DNA of 64,000 nt from Chthoniobacterales bacterium (GTDB lineage Bacteria > Verrucomicrobiota > Verrucomicrobiia > Chthoniobacterales > JACTMZ01), in assembly GCA_021463515.1 (NCBI GenBank), contig JAJTYZ010000014.1, positions 8,565 to 72,564 on the forward strand, given 5' to 3'. Below, one piece after another: positions 38,613 to 52,091 of the stretch. The position numbers and the translations under genes were made by a program. Below the pieces are notes generated by a model. That model was not told where the DNA came from. It saw only the letters and a list, made by a program, of their open reading frames with translations, and did no database searches. Numbering within the stretch: position 1 is the stretch's first letter; every line of letters begins with the position of its first letter.

Positions 38613-40131
38613 GAGCGTTGGTAGTTATTAGTACAGCGCGTCCCGAGGGACGCCGGAAAATAAACATCGCGACGAGGCCGGAGCAAATAATGAGCGATCC
38701 CGTCCATTTAAACAACCAACCCGGATCGCGTAGAATTTGCACGGAACTCTGCGTGGGGTCGTTGGGATTCCATGAGGCTTGTGAGATTTTGTAAGTAAGC
38801 CCCGTGAACGAGCGCCACAAGGCATCGGGATAATTGAGCGGTTCATTCATGGAACACGAACCGGTGGCAACTTGGGTGCCATCAGGAAGAAACACCGCCA
38901 AATCACTCCGAAACGCCGCCGGATCATCCGTTCCCTCATTGCGCTCGACAACGAAGTTTTGCAGCACAAGCCCAAAAGGCAATTGATGCGTTTCCCATCC
39001 ATAAGCGACCTCGAGAGGAAAACTTCCTGTGGGAAAACTTGCACGCCACCCCGCTGCCACCCATTGCTCGGCAAAACGCTCACCCTGACTCGCGCGAATT
39101 TTTACACCATCGAGAAGAGCCTGACCCATCGGCGGTGTTTGCTCGGCGGGAAGTGGCTCAAAATGAAAAGCCGGTGTCGCCGAAGGTATCACCTGCACAG
39201 CTTCAACCGTCCAATCCGCCCAACCTGTCGAAAGCGGCTCTCCCAACGGAAGCACCTTACTTGCGCTAGGTACGCCTTGCGTAAAAAGCGTGACGCTCAA
39301 TGAACCGTCCGCATTATATCGCATCACGGCACGATTGGCCGCTCCTGCAGCGGGAGGCTCTTCCACACCGGAAAGCAAATCTACGGTAATAAGCCCGAGA
39401 TCAAGACGGCTATGATCTCGGTTGCCCACCAACAACCATTGCTCCACCGTCTGCTTCATTGCCGCCGTGCGCAGACGGATGCGCACCGCTGAATTTCCCT
39501 CAGCCACCGGCGCAGGCTGGAAGGTACTAAGCAATCGTGACGAACTCGCCACAGCTTCTATTTTCCATCCCGAAGGGGTTGTCCAAAGGTCGAGCGGCTT
39601 CCCACCCACTTCGAGCGTACGGCGCCCCAATTGAATACCTACGGCCTGTTGCGAATTGCTGTCGCGAATGGTCATCTGACGCGTTTGCAGCACAAGCGTC
39701 CCATCCGCAGGTGCCCCGCGAAAAAGCGTCATGGTTCCCTCAATCCCCCCCGCCTGCCCAATCACCGCACCAAGAACCACGACAATGATGCCGAGATGCG
39801 TGAGGAGAAATCCCGTATGATGCCGACGCCACGGCCAGCGCATGAGGGTGCTGCAAGCAAGATTGGCGACCAGCAGCGCAATCCACAGGCTAAACCACGG
39901 TGCCTCATAAATCCAAAGCCGCGCCGTATCGGCATCAAACTTCGATTCGGCAATAGTGCCGACGATGCTCATCACGATGAGAACACCAAGCAAAATGACC
40001 GCCAAACGTAGTGAGGCCAAAAACTTGAAAATTGGATTCCGCTTCCATTTGTACCGCTGCGGACGAGAGCGGACATCGCCTTGTGGCATCATTGAAGTGC
40101 GAAATGTTAAGTCACACGTCCCGCATGTCAA
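38605..40131 (-). CDS. resB: Cytochrome c biogenesis protein ResB/Ccs1
   Basis: N-terminal FLASLRLAVILLGVLIV and a large periplasmic domain. 8-nt overlap with ccsA. Confidence 0.8.
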   Translation of the reverse strand: MTCGTCDLTFRTSMMPQGDVRSRPQRYKWKRNPIFKFLASLRLAVILLGVLIVMSIVGTIAESKFDADTARLWIYEAPWFSLWIALLVANLACSTLMRWPWRRHHTGFLLTHLGIIVVVLGAVIGQAGGIEGTMTLFRGAPADGTLVLQTRQMTIRDSNSQQAVGIQLGRRTLEVGGKPLDLWTTPSGWKIEAVASSSRLLSTFQPAPVAEGNSAVRIRLRTAAMKQTVEQWLLVGNRDHSRLDLGLITVDLLSGVEEPPAAGAANRAVMRYNADGSLSVTLFTQGVPSASKVLPLGEPLSTGWADWTVEAVQVIPSATPAFHFEPLPAEQTPPMGQALLDGVKIRASQGERFAEQWVAAGWRASFPTGSFPLEVAYGWETHQLPFGLVLQNFVVERNEGTDDPAAFRSDLAVFLPDGTQVATGSCSMNEPLNYPDALWRSFTGLTYKISQASWNPNDPTQSSVQILRDPGWLFKWTGSLIICSGLVAMFIFRRPSGRAVLITTNAHD

Positions 40132-40257
40132 GGAACGCTGAACTTCCTAGGGCAATCGGTGCATGAAAAGCATGCTATTAGAAAAAGAAGAATGTTACTG
40201 AGGCGCATCAGCAGAGTAACGCGGCTACAATAGGTGATTGGTGAAGAAATGAATTGA

Positions 40258-43524
<3,267 letters not shown>

Positions 43525-43628
43525 TTTTTTACTCACTAAGAAATTCCGCTCGCTCAACGGTGGAGCCACTAAAAGAAGATTAGCGCGAAATTTAAAAGTG
43601 CTGCCTTAAAAATTGAAATCGGCGTACA

Positions 43629-43657
43629 TTGCCAACGAGGGAAAGGTTCGCTAAATT
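43629..43657 (+). promoter_or_regulatory. Candidate sigma70-type promoter for purF
   Basis: TTGCCA, a 17-nt spacer, then TAAATT, ending 24 nt before the purF start. Confidence 0.4.
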
Positions 43658-43680
43658 AGCAATTCACCTATTCTGTCACT

Positions 43681-45141
43681 TTGAACCAAGACTCCTCGAG
43701 ACCGCGTCATGAGTGTGGAGTATTCGGGGTCTTTGGCCACGAAAACGCTGCGTTGCTGACTTACTACGGACTGTTTGCGCTCCAACATCGGGGGCAGGAA
43801 AGTGCGGGTATTACTTCGTGCGAAGGCCCCGGACATCGCTTGCACATTCACAAAGCCATGGGCCTCGTGTCGCAGGTATTTAACAGTCGCGTGCTCGCCG
43901 AACTTAAAGGCGATCGCGCCATCGGTCATGTTCGCTATTCAACGGCGGGTTCGAGCACTTTAGCGAATGCGCAACCGCTCGTGGCTGACACAGTGCGCGG
44001 CCCACTGGCCATCGCACACAATGGCAATCTTGTCAACGCGGCAGCTCTGCGAACGGAACTCGAAAACGTCGGAACCATTTTTCAAACCACCGCGGATAGC
44101 GAAATCATCTTGCACTTACTCGCAAGACAAGCCGCCGCAGGAGAGCCGCTCGCAGCATTACGCTCTTTGCAAGGCGCCTTTTCGCTAGTGATGCTCACGC
44201 CCGAGGCGCTGGTCGGTGTTCGCGACCCCAATGGGTTCCGTCCGCTCGTTCTCGGGAGATTAGACAAGGGCTGGGTACTTGCTTCCGAAACCTGCGCTCT
44301 CGATTTAATCGGTGCCACATTTGAGCGCGAAATTGAGCGTGGGGAAGTGGTGATTATTGATAAGGATGGCCCGCGTTCGCTCTTTCCTTTTGCGCCGGAA
44401 CGCTCGGCATTTTGTATTTTCGAATTGGTGTATTTTGCGCGACCGGACAGCATCCTTGGCGGACGCAATGTCGCGGAGATGCGTGTGGAAATGGGACGAC
44501 GCTTGGCTCGGGCGCAACCCGTGGAAGCAGACTTGGTGGTTCCTGTGCCGGACTCCGGTAATTACGCGGCACAGGGATATTCGGAAGAAAGCGGGATTCC
44601 GCTTGGCCATGCGTTTGTGCGCAATCACTACATCGGGCGCACCTTTTTACAGCCCACGCAAATGATTCGAGACTTCGACGTGCGGGTAAAACTCAACCTC
44701 ATCGCCGATGCCGTGCGCGGCAAACGCGTCATTGTGGTGGATGACTCCATTGTGCGCGGGACAACCGCGCGCGCTCGTGTCGTGAATCTGCGTGAAAGCG
44801 GTGCCCGCGAAGTACATTTTCGTATCAGTTGCCCTGCGCATCGTTTTCCTTGTCACTACGGCATTGATTTTCCGGACCCGAAGGAACTTCTCGCCAACCG
44901 CATGACCCATCAGGAAATTGTAGATTTTCTCGGTGTGGATAGCCTCGCGTACCTGCCGGTGGAGGACATGATTGGTGCCACACAATGGCCGAAAAATTCC
45001 TTTTGTACGGCATGCTTCACCGGAGATTATCCCATCCCCGTGGAAGGCGATCTGCGTAAAGATACCTTGGACAAACTTCGTTCGCGCGGAGACTTTTTTG
45101 GAGCGGAAGGGCCCGGCTTATTTGACGATGTAAAATCATGA
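43681..45141 (+). CDS. purF: Amidophosphoribosyltransferase
   Basis: N-terminal nucleophile context ECGVFGVFGH. PRTase motif VIVVDDSIVRGTT. TTG start. Confidence 0.92.
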   Translation: MNQDSSRPRHECGVFGVFGHENAALLTYYGLFALQHRGQESAGITSCEGPGHRLHIHKAMGLVSQVFNSRVLAELKGDRAIGHVRYSTAGSSTLANAQPLVADTVRGPLAIAHNGNLVNAAALRTELENVGTIFQTTADSEIILHLLARQAAAGEPLAALRSLQGAFSLVMLTPEALVGVRDPNGFRPLVLGRLDKGWVLASETCALDLIGATFEREIERGEVVIIDKDGPRSLFPFAPERSAFCIFELVYFARPDSILGGRNVAEMRVEMGRRLARAQPVEADLVVPVPDSGNYAAQGYSEESGIPLGHAFVRNHYIGRTFLQPTQMIRDFDVRVKLNLIADAVRGKRVIVVDDSIVRGTTARARVVNLRESGAREVHFRISCPAHRFPCHYGIDFPDPKELLANRMTHQEIVDFLGVDSLAYLPVEDMIGATQWPKNSFCTACFTGDYPIPVEGDLRKDTLDKLRSRGDFFGAEGPGLFDDVKS

Positions 45142-46157
45142 AAAATACTTCTGCAGCCTATGCTCGCGCCGGGGTAGATGTTGACCTTGGCAACACCCTC
45201 AAAGACCGCCTACCTGCCCTCGTCAAAAAGACGCATGGCCCACGTGTGCTGGGAGGAATTGGTAACTTTGGCGGACTTTTCCGTGCGGCTTTTCACGGGA
45301 TGAAAGACCCCGTGCTCGTCGCCAGCATGGATGGCGTCGGCACAAAATTAAAAATTGCCGTACTCGCTAATCGCCATGACACCGTGGGCGAAGATCTCGT
45401 CAATCACTGCGTCAACGACATCGCGGTGATGGGAGCACAACCGCTTTTTTTCTTGGATTACCTTGGCGCAGGGAAACTTGATCCGAAGGTTTTCACCGAA
45501 GTCGTCGCCGGCTTAGCGCGTGCTTGTCGCCGTGCGGACTGTGCCCTTCTCGGAGGCGAAACCGCACAAATGCCCGGACTTTACCATGGAGCCGATTATG
45601 ATTTGGTTGGCTGCATCATCGGCGTCGTAGATCGCAAAAACATCCTCGACGGCTCTCGAGTTCGCCTAGGCGATGCTCTCGTCGCGCTTCCCTCCAACGG
45701 GCTACACACCAATGGCTACACCTTAGCGCGTCACGTCATTCTCGAAAAACTTAAGCTGGACGTTCATGATCGCGTGCCCGGATTACGCGGAACGGTCGCC
45801 GACGAACTATTACGTGTTCATCGCAATTACGAACCTGCTCTTCGCTCCGTACCAGCACGTACCCTTCACGCTGCCGCACACATCACCGGCGGTGGAATTC
45901 CCGATAATTTACCGCGCGTCTTACCGGCAAACTGCCGTGCCGTCATTTCCAAAAGACAACTGCGCATTCCCACGCTTTTCCGCATCATTCAAGAGGCAGG
46001 AAAAGTTTCCGACGAGGAAATGCGCCGCGTCTTCAACTTGGGCGTCGGCATGGTACTTGTGATGTCAGCAAATGACGCGCCTTCCATCGCAAAACGTTTG
46101 CGAGGCCGCATTATTGGCCATATTGAGCGCGGCGAACGTGGCGTAGAATTTGCCTAG
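45138..46157 (+). CDS. purM: Phosphoribosylformylglycinamidine cyclo-ligase
   Basis: MDGVGTKLKIA, NDIAVMGAQPLFFLDY and GGETAQMPG. Confidence 0.92.
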   Translation: MKNTSAAYARAGVDVDLGNTLKDRLPALVKKTHGPRVLGGIGNFGGLFRAAFHGMKDPVLVASMDGVGTKLKIAVLANRHDTVGEDLVNHCVNDIAVMGAQPLFFLDYLGAGKLDPKVFTEVVAGLARACRRADCALLGGETAQMPGLYHGADYDLVGCIIGVVDRKNILDGSRVRLGDALVALPSNGLHTNGYTLARHVILEKLKLDVHDRVPGLRGTVADELLRVHRNYEPALRSVPARTLHAAAHITGGGIPDNLPRVLPANCRAVISKRQLRIPTLFRIIQEAGKVSDEEMRRVFNLGVGMVLVMSANDAPSIAKRLRGRIIGHIERGERGVEFA

Positions 46158-46161
46158 CCTT

Positions 46162-47136
46162 ATGGCAGTATCCTGGAAAAAAAAGGCGGGCATCGGCCTT
46201 GGTGCCGGATTACTTGGAGCGGCTGTCGTTGCCTTTCGATTGCGCCCACGCCCGCAACCTCAACCTTCCCTGCCCGATATTATTTCCCCCTCTGTTTTTG
46301 CGCGTCGTGTCCAACGCACCACGCGAGGGCAAGTCGTTTATCACATGAGTGGCGACGGGGAGCCGTTAATTTTTTTGCATGATTTTTTCCCCGGCGCGGC
46401 GTCTTATGAGTGGTCAAAAGTTTATCCGACATTTGCGGAAACTCATCGCGTGTTGGCAGCCGATTGGATTGGCTTCGGAGAAAGCGAACGTCCCGATCGT
46501 TCCCTACGCGCGGAAGATTATGCCCAATATTTACAAGAGTTTGTGCGTGCCACCTGCGGCGGGCGACGCCCGATTCTCATCGGCTCAGGCATAGGCGCAG
46601 CACTTGCCTGCCTTACGGCAGCACAACATCCCGAGCTGACGTCGCGCCTCATACTTTTTCATCCCATAGGAACGATGGGATGGTCGGCACCTTGGATTCC
46701 GCCAGCCGTGCGACTCGCCAAATGGACACGTCGAGGACGCCATTGGCTCTATGAAACGCATTTTTCCTCGCCCACACGCATCGAACGCTGGCTTCATTCA
46801 CGCCGAAGTGCAGAGACATCGCTCAATTTAACAGAACCCGTTTCAGTTTTTTCCTCATTTGCGCGGCAGTACGGCGCGGTATGGGCCGTGGATAGAATTC
46901 TTTCGGGACGCATAAACATCGCCTCTTTGCCACGACTAGAAAACGTTTGTGTACCCGTCACCATTTGGCAACCCACACACAATGTGGGGGAATCTCCGGA
47001 AATTTCAGCGGCACATCACACGGTGCGGCTAGATCTCTTGGAAGGGTGTGGCCCATTGGCACCATTGGATCGAGCGGAAGAACTCATCACGCGCCTCCAA
47101 ACGGAACTTTTTCAGCCGCTGCGCTTGGAAAAATGA
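46162..47136 (+). CDS. Alpha/beta hydrolase
   Basis: N-terminal TM helix, HDFFPGAASYEW and nucleophile-elbow-like GSGIGAA. An alternative TTG start lies at 46150. Confidence 0.7.
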   Translation: MAVSWKKKAGIGLGAGLLGAAVVAFRLRPRPQPQPSLPDIISPSVFARRVQRTTRGQVVYHMSGDGEPLIFLHDFFPGAASYEWSKVYPTFAETHRVLAADWIGFGESERPDRSLRAEDYAQYLQEFVRATCGGRRPILIGSGIGAALACLTAAQHPELTSRLILFHPIGTMGWSAPWIPPAVRLAKWTRRGRHWLYETHFSSPTRIERWLHSRRSAETSLNLTEPVSVFSSFARQYGAVWAVDRILSGRINIASLPRLENVCVPVTIWQPTHNVGESPEISAAHHTVRLDLLEGCGPLAPLDRAEELITRLQTELFQPLRLEK

Positions 47137-47199
47137 TCTTGGATTGACACTCAAAGCGCAACCTGCGCAAGATTTCCCTTCGTCTCGAATTTTACAGCT

Positions 47200-47745
47200 A
47201 TGTCTCACACTGAAGTCATTTTGACCACTCATCTTCCTAACCTAGGTGCCGAAGCCGATGTCGTGCGCGTTCGCAAAGGTTATGCCCGCAACTTTCTCGT
47301 CCCACGCGGCATGGCGCACGAAGTCACGCCCGCCACGCTCCGTATGACAAACTCGCTCAAAGCACGCCGTGCGGAACGTGAGGCGCAAGAGCTTAATGAA
47401 GCCAACGAACTCGGCCGCCGACTCGGCAAACTCCGTTTGGCCTTTATTTTGGAAACAGGGGAAACGGGCAAAGCCTTCGGTGCTATTACCGCCAAAGACA
47501 TCGGAGATCGCGTCAAAGCCGAGACAGGTCGTGACATTGATCGTCATCGCATTGTGCTTGAACGCCCCATCAAAGAAACCGGTGACTTTCAAATTGAAGT
47601 GCGGCTTCATGCTGAGGTTCACGCCACGCTCAAAGTCAATGTGACCGCCAAAACTCCTCCTAAAGCGGAGGGAGAAGAGGACAGTGATGCCACCGCCAAA
47701 CCGCGTGCAAGGCGGTCTGCTAAAAAAGCTTCCGAGAGCGAATAA
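47200..47745 (+). CDS. rplI: 50S ribosomal protein L9 with a ~30-aa charged C-terminal extension
   Basis: VILTTHLPNLGAEADVVRVRKGYARNFLVPRGMA. Conserved position upstream of dnaB. Confidence 0.9.
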   Translation: MSHTEVILTTHLPNLGAEADVVRVRKGYARNFLVPRGMAHEVTPATLRMTNSLKARRAEREAQELNEANELGRRLGKLRLAFILETGETGKAFGAITAKDIGDRVKAETGRDIDRHRIVLERPIKETGDFQIEVRLHAEVHATLKVNVTAKTPPKAEGEEDSDATAKPRARRSAKKASESE

Positions 47746-47888
47746 TCGAGAGAAAATCCACTCGACTATAATTTCGTGCGTGTGGGGGTGACGGCCATTT
47801 TCTCGCCTTCATTGACCTCATGGCATTGTTAGGCGCACAATTGACCTTTCCTCCCACAAAATCGACGAGGGCAACTTTCCTCTAAACC

Positions 47889-49349
47889 ATGACGACACCC
47901 GCTGATCTTAAAGGTGCTCCTGCATCTAAACGCCGTTCCTCTACGCCACGGCGGACGGCGGCTCCTACCGCCGACGCGATGGCCGTGAGCCGCCAGCTCC
48001 CACAATCCCTCGATGCGGAAAAGGGATTGCTTTGTTCCATCCTGATGTCTTCCCGCGAAGTCCTCACCGACTGCATTGAGCAACGCATTGAAGAATCATC
48101 CTTTCATTTTCCTGCCCACGGCACCATTTATCGCGTCCTCACCGAAATGTGGGCGGCCAACCAACCCATTGATCTCATCACACTCAATGAAAAGTTGACG
48201 AACCTCAATCTCCTCGATGCGGTAGGAGGTCCGGGCGTCACTGCTGAATTGCTTGGCTATGTTCCCACCGCCGCCAACGCTCCTTATTATCTCGATATCA
48301 TCCGCGAAAAAGCCCTTCTGCGAAGCATGATTTCGGTGTGCACCGAATCCATCACCCGCTGTTACGAAGAGCAGTCGGATGTTCCCCAATTGATTGACGA
48401 TGTTGAAAAGCAAATTTTTGCCATTGGAGAAAACCGCCTTCGTAAAACTGCACCGAGCATGTACGATGAAGTTTTCAGTGCCTTGGCCAACATCGAAAAA
48501 ATGTGTGAGCAACGCGGACGGATTAGTGGACTCGAAACAGGATTCACACTTTTTGATCAAATGACAGATGGTCTCCACTCCGGAGAAATGATCATCATTG
48601 CAGCACGCCCTGCCATGGGAAAAACCGCACTGGCCATGAACATTGTGGAACATGTGGCACTGCATCGCGAAAACCCCAAAGCCGTGGGCGTTTTCAGCCT
48701 CGAAATGAGCACCCAACAGCTCGTGCAACGTATGCTTTGTTCACGAGCTCGCGTTAATATGAAGGAAATTAGCTCGGGAATTGTGAAGCGAGAAGGCCAT
48801 GCCAAGCTCAACGATGCCGCTGCAACTTTAAGCGAAAGCGCCATCTTTATTGATGATACCCCGAGCTTAACTATTATGGATTTGCGTTCTCGAGCTCGGC
48901 GGATGCGCGAACGCCAACGAGTCGAACTAATTGCCATAGATTATCTCCAACTCTGCCGCTCCCCCTCGAAACGCGGTCAAGAAAACCGCCAAATTGAAAT
49001 CGCCGAAATTTCTTCCGGCATCAAAGCTCTCGCCAAGGAACTCGAAATCCCCATCATCGTTCTTGCCCAGCTCAACCGTCAGCCCGAACAACGCGGTGGC
49101 GGCAAACCTCGTATCTCCGATTTGCGCGAATCCGGCTCTCTCGAACAAGATGCCGATGTCGTCACTTTGTTAGTTCGCCCTGAAGTTTACGAAGAAGACC
49201 CCGATACTAAGAGAGATCTCAGCGGAAAAGCCGAACTCATCATCGCCAAACAGCGCAACGGCCCCACCGGTACAATCCCTCTCACCTTCATTGATAAATT
49301 TACCCGTTTCGAAAACGCCGCCCTCGAACGTGCGCCTGATGAGGATTAA
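47889..49349 (+). CDS. dnaB: Replicative DNA helicase
   Basis: PQSLDAEKGLLCSIL, Walker A ARPAMGKTALAMN, and LAQLNR...SDLRESGSLEQDAD. Confidence 0.93.
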   Translation: MTTPADLKGAPASKRRSSTPRRTAAPTADAMAVSRQLPQSLDAEKGLLCSILMSSREVLTDCIEQRIEESSFHFPAHGTIYRVLTEMWAANQPIDLITLNEKLTNLNLLDAVGGPGVTAELLGYVPTAANAPYYLDIIREKALLRSMISVCTESITRCYEEQSDVPQLIDDVEKQIFAIGENRLRKTAPSMYDEVFSALANIEKMCEQRGRISGLETGFTLFDQMTDGLHSGEMIIIAARPAMGKTALAMNIVEHVALHRENPKAVGVFSLEMSTQQLVQRMLCSRARVNMKEISSGIVKREGHAKLNDAAATLSESAIFIDDTPSLTIMDLRSRARRMRERQRVELIAIDYLQLCRSPSKRGQENRQIEIAEISSGIKALAKELEIPIIVLAQLNRQPEQRGGGKPRISDLRESGSLEQDADVVTLLVRPEVYEEDPDTKRDLSGKAELIIAKQRNGPTGTIPLTFIDKFTRFENAALERAPDED

Positions 49350-49399
49350 CAAGCCTAGGTGCGTGTCGTAGCTCGTAGGACGTGCGAAAAATTGAGAGA

Positions 49400-51487
49400 C
49401 TACCTTCGATAATGCGTAATGACGCGACGCCACCATGGAGCGACGGTGAGCAATTCTGCGGACCAGATTCTTCGATGGAGTTTCAATAAAATGTCACCAT
49501 CTTGCAAAATTGCCTTGAGGTCTTTTTCACCAAGGCTCCCGGGTCCTTCGTTGATCAAAATTTCAGAAACTTCCCGAGGCAAAGTAGAAGACGTCTCGGA
49601 CGGCTGGTCGAGCAACGCAACGTGAATAGCGTTGAGATAAGGGTCCACCACAGCGCGGCTGAACCCGTGGTAGGGATGGAATTGAGTGCTCTCATACGGC
49701 GACTCCTCCTGCGACAAATGACCGGAGCGCGATACGGATTTTTCATGCGGACATGCCAAAAGATTGGCACGACGCAACAAACGCCCAACGTCTGGGCTGC
49801 TAGTAAATTTTGAGAGGGGAATGGAGACCAAAAGACCAAGTAAAACAGGCAGTGACCAAAGAAAGACGCCCAAGCCGAGATAAAGAGCCCACAAAGTCCA
49901 GAGGATGCCGAGAATGGTGTGACCGAGATGGGCGCGAAGCACCACAGACCACGGCGTGCTTGTCGCCCCTCGTGGTTGAGTTCCCCAGCGCACGCTAAGA
50001 CCGGAAAACATGGACACGAGAAATTTCGTATGGAGCAACATGAGGATCGGCGCAAGCAATGTGGAAAAAATAAACTCCATGAGAATTCCGCCCGAAATTT
50101 TTACTATTCCACCAAAGGACTGCCGCAGTCGCGAATCGGTGAGCGCACGGAGAAATAGCAAAATTTTTGGAGAAAAAAGCATCAGGGCGGTCAGCCCAAG
50201 AAGAATCCAAGCCTGCCCTGTGACGGTGAGGTCCGGGAATAAATTATTCAACGATCCATTTGCCGGAATGAGAGAAAGTCCACTGCGACGTTGATGATAA
50301 ACAACGAGGGAGCTGAGAAAAAGAAAGCCCAACCAAAGCGGTGATGCAAGATAACCAAGAATGCCGGTTGTGAGGTGCAGCTTACTCATCGGATGGAGTC
50401 CTTTGGCGAAAAGAAGCCAGCCATGCTGAATGTTACCCTGCAACCAACGACGATCGCGCTGCGCATAAGCAATAAGTGACTCCGGTCCTTCCTCAAAACT
50501 CCCTCCCAAATCCCACGCAAGCCACACCTCCCAGCCGGCCTTGCGCATTAACGCCGCTTCCACAAAATCGTGACTGAGAATTTTCCCACCGAAAGGTGCT
50601 TTGCCCGGCAAGTCGGGTAAACCGCAGTATTCGGTGAAAGGAAGCACGCGAATGATGGCATTGTGTCCCCAGTAATTTCCTTCGGCACCCTGACAAAAAT
50701 TTAATCCTGCAGTGAACATCGAACTATAAGCCTGATTGGAAAACTGCTGAATACGACCAAAGAGCGACTCAGCACCGATGAGTAGCGGCGTCGTTTGGAT
50801 AATGCCAATGTTCGGGTGTTTCTGCATGAGGGCTGCGAGTTTTACGACAGTCTCACCTTCCATGAAACTGTCCGCATCCATCACCACCATATAGCTATAT
50901 CGCCCACCCCACCCTCGGCAAAAATCCGCAATGTTGCCGGCCTTGCTGTTGGTATTCAACGCACGATGACGATAAAAAATTTTCCCAAAAGCATCCAATT
51001 CGCGGCAAAGTCGCGCCCATGTGTCCTCCTCCTCCAGCCACGTATCACTCGACGTGGAATCGCTCAAAATAAAAAACTCAAACCGATCCAAACGCCCTGT
51101 TTTCTTAAGCGAAAAATAGGTCTTTCGCACGCGTTCAAAAACTTCGGCGACTTCTTCATTGTAAATGGGAAAGACAATAGCGGTGAGATCAAGGTCCGCT
51201 TGGAGATCTTTTGTTGTCAGCCCATGGGTTAAATTAAACTTAGGTTGCCGCGCCGCAAAAAACCCCGAAATCACCATGGTAAATCCGAAGGACAGCAGTA
51301 AAAAAAGCAGCGCAAATACCAAAATGAGAAACAGCGAAGGCCCGCTCAGACTCCCATAAACGCGAATCAGTAAATCCACGAAGATGTAAACTCCCAGCGC
51401 GGCAAGCAGCAGTGTTGTTCCAAAAAACAACGTTCGCCGCAGGCGCAGAGACATCACCGTCACAGTGTCGTCGTGGGGTACTTTCAT
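49400..51487 (-). CDS. opgH: Glucans biosynthesis glucosyltransferase H
   Basis: GT2 core (VVMDADS, QRDRRWLQGN) flanked by multiple TM helices. 695 aa. Confidence 0.9.
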   Translation of the reverse strand: MKVPHDDTVTVMSLRLRRTLFFGTTLLLAALGVYIFVDLLIRVYGSLSGPSLFLILVFALLFLLLSFGFTMVISGFFAARQPKFNLTHGLTTKDLQADLDLTAIVFPIYNEEVAEVFERVRKTYFSLKKTGRLDRFEFFILSDSTSSDTWLEEEDTWARLCRELDAFGKIFYRHRALNTNSKAGNIADFCRGWGGRYSYMVVMDADSFMEGETVVKLAALMQKHPNIGIIQTTPLLIGAESLFGRIQQFSNQAYSSMFTAGLNFCQGAEGNYWGHNAIIRVLPFTEYCGLPDLPGKAPFGGKILSHDFVEAALMRKAGWEVWLAWDLGGSFEEGPESLIAYAQRDRRWLQGNIQHGWLLFAKGLHPMSKLHLTTGILGYLASPLWLGFLFLSSLVVYHQRRSGLSLIPANGSLNNLFPDLTVTGQAWILLGLTALMLFSPKILLFLRALTDSRLRQSFGGIVKISGGILMEFIFSTLLAPILMLLHTKFLVSMFSGLSVRWGTQPRGATSTPWSVVLRAHLGHTILGILWTLWALYLGLGVFLWSLPVLLGLLVSIPLSKFTSSPDVGRLLRRANLLACPHEKSVSRSGHLSQEESPYESTQFHPYHGFSRAVVDPYLNAIHVALLDQPSETSSTLPREVSEILINEGPGSLGEKDLKAILQDGDILLKLHRRIWSAELLTVAPWWRRVITHYRR

Positions 51488-51497
51488 GAGGAGTGGC

Positions 51498-52091
51498 TCA
51501 ATAGTAGATAAGAGAAAAAATGAGAAATAGTAAGAGCAATACGATTACCGTATTGACCAACAGCTTGATGTTGGGCAAGCGGTCCAACCCAAACCATACG
51601 CCGGAAGCTCCGCTTACGAGGGCATTGAGCTCGATGGATTGTGGCGTCATCGTTTGCTCTTGAAACGCCGGCCCGGCGGTAAGATAACTCTGCCGCATAG
51701 CTTCCACAAAACCTGGAGGCCATGGCGGCTCGGCCAAAAAGTACTCCTGCCAACGATGCTCCATATTGCCGAGGAATAAGGCCAAACGCCCTCGAGCTGA
51801 GAGGCGATATTCGGGAAGCTTCAAATCCAGAACGCGCTCAAACCAATCACCCACAAGTTTCATGGCCTCATTCATCGCCACTTCCGTTGGTGTATAAGGT
51901 AAGCTGGTTTTTTCCAACAAAACAGCCGATCGTCGAAGTACTTCGTAAATACAGCGATTAAGGATGAGGCGATTGTGCAACCCGAGGGCAAAAAAATAGC
52001 TCTCCACCGTCTCGTAAGCTTCGTTCCAGACGTGAATGTCGCGCTCTTCTTTAAGCGGAGTAAAATCTATAGCGTGATGAGGGAACTCCAT
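51498..52091 (-). CDS. Hypothetical protein with a single C-terminal TM helix, located between opgG and opgH
   Basis: 197-aa ORF with protein-like composition. It overlaps the opgG stop by 25 nt and ends 11 nt before the opgH start. C-terminal helix LLVNTVIVLLLLFLIFSLIYY. I recognise no family. Confidence 0.5.
   Translation of the reverse strand: MEFPHHAIDFTPLKEERDIHVWNEAYETVESYFFALGLHNRLILNRCIYEVLRRSAVLLEKTSLPYTPTEVAMNEAMKLVGDWFERVLDLKLPEYRLSARGRLALFLGNMEHRWQEYFLAEPPWPPGFVEAMRQSYLTAGPAFQEQTMTPQSIELNALVSGASGVWFGLDRLPNIKLLVNTVIVLLLLFLIFSLIYY

Noticed and set aside
43525-43680. Riboswitch upstream of purF; regions upstream of pnuC and lysS were also checked
   Set aside because: I could not recognise any conserved ZTP, purine, NAD or lysine riboswitch core. 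Only a promoter-like TTGCCA-17-TAAATT is visible upstream of purF.
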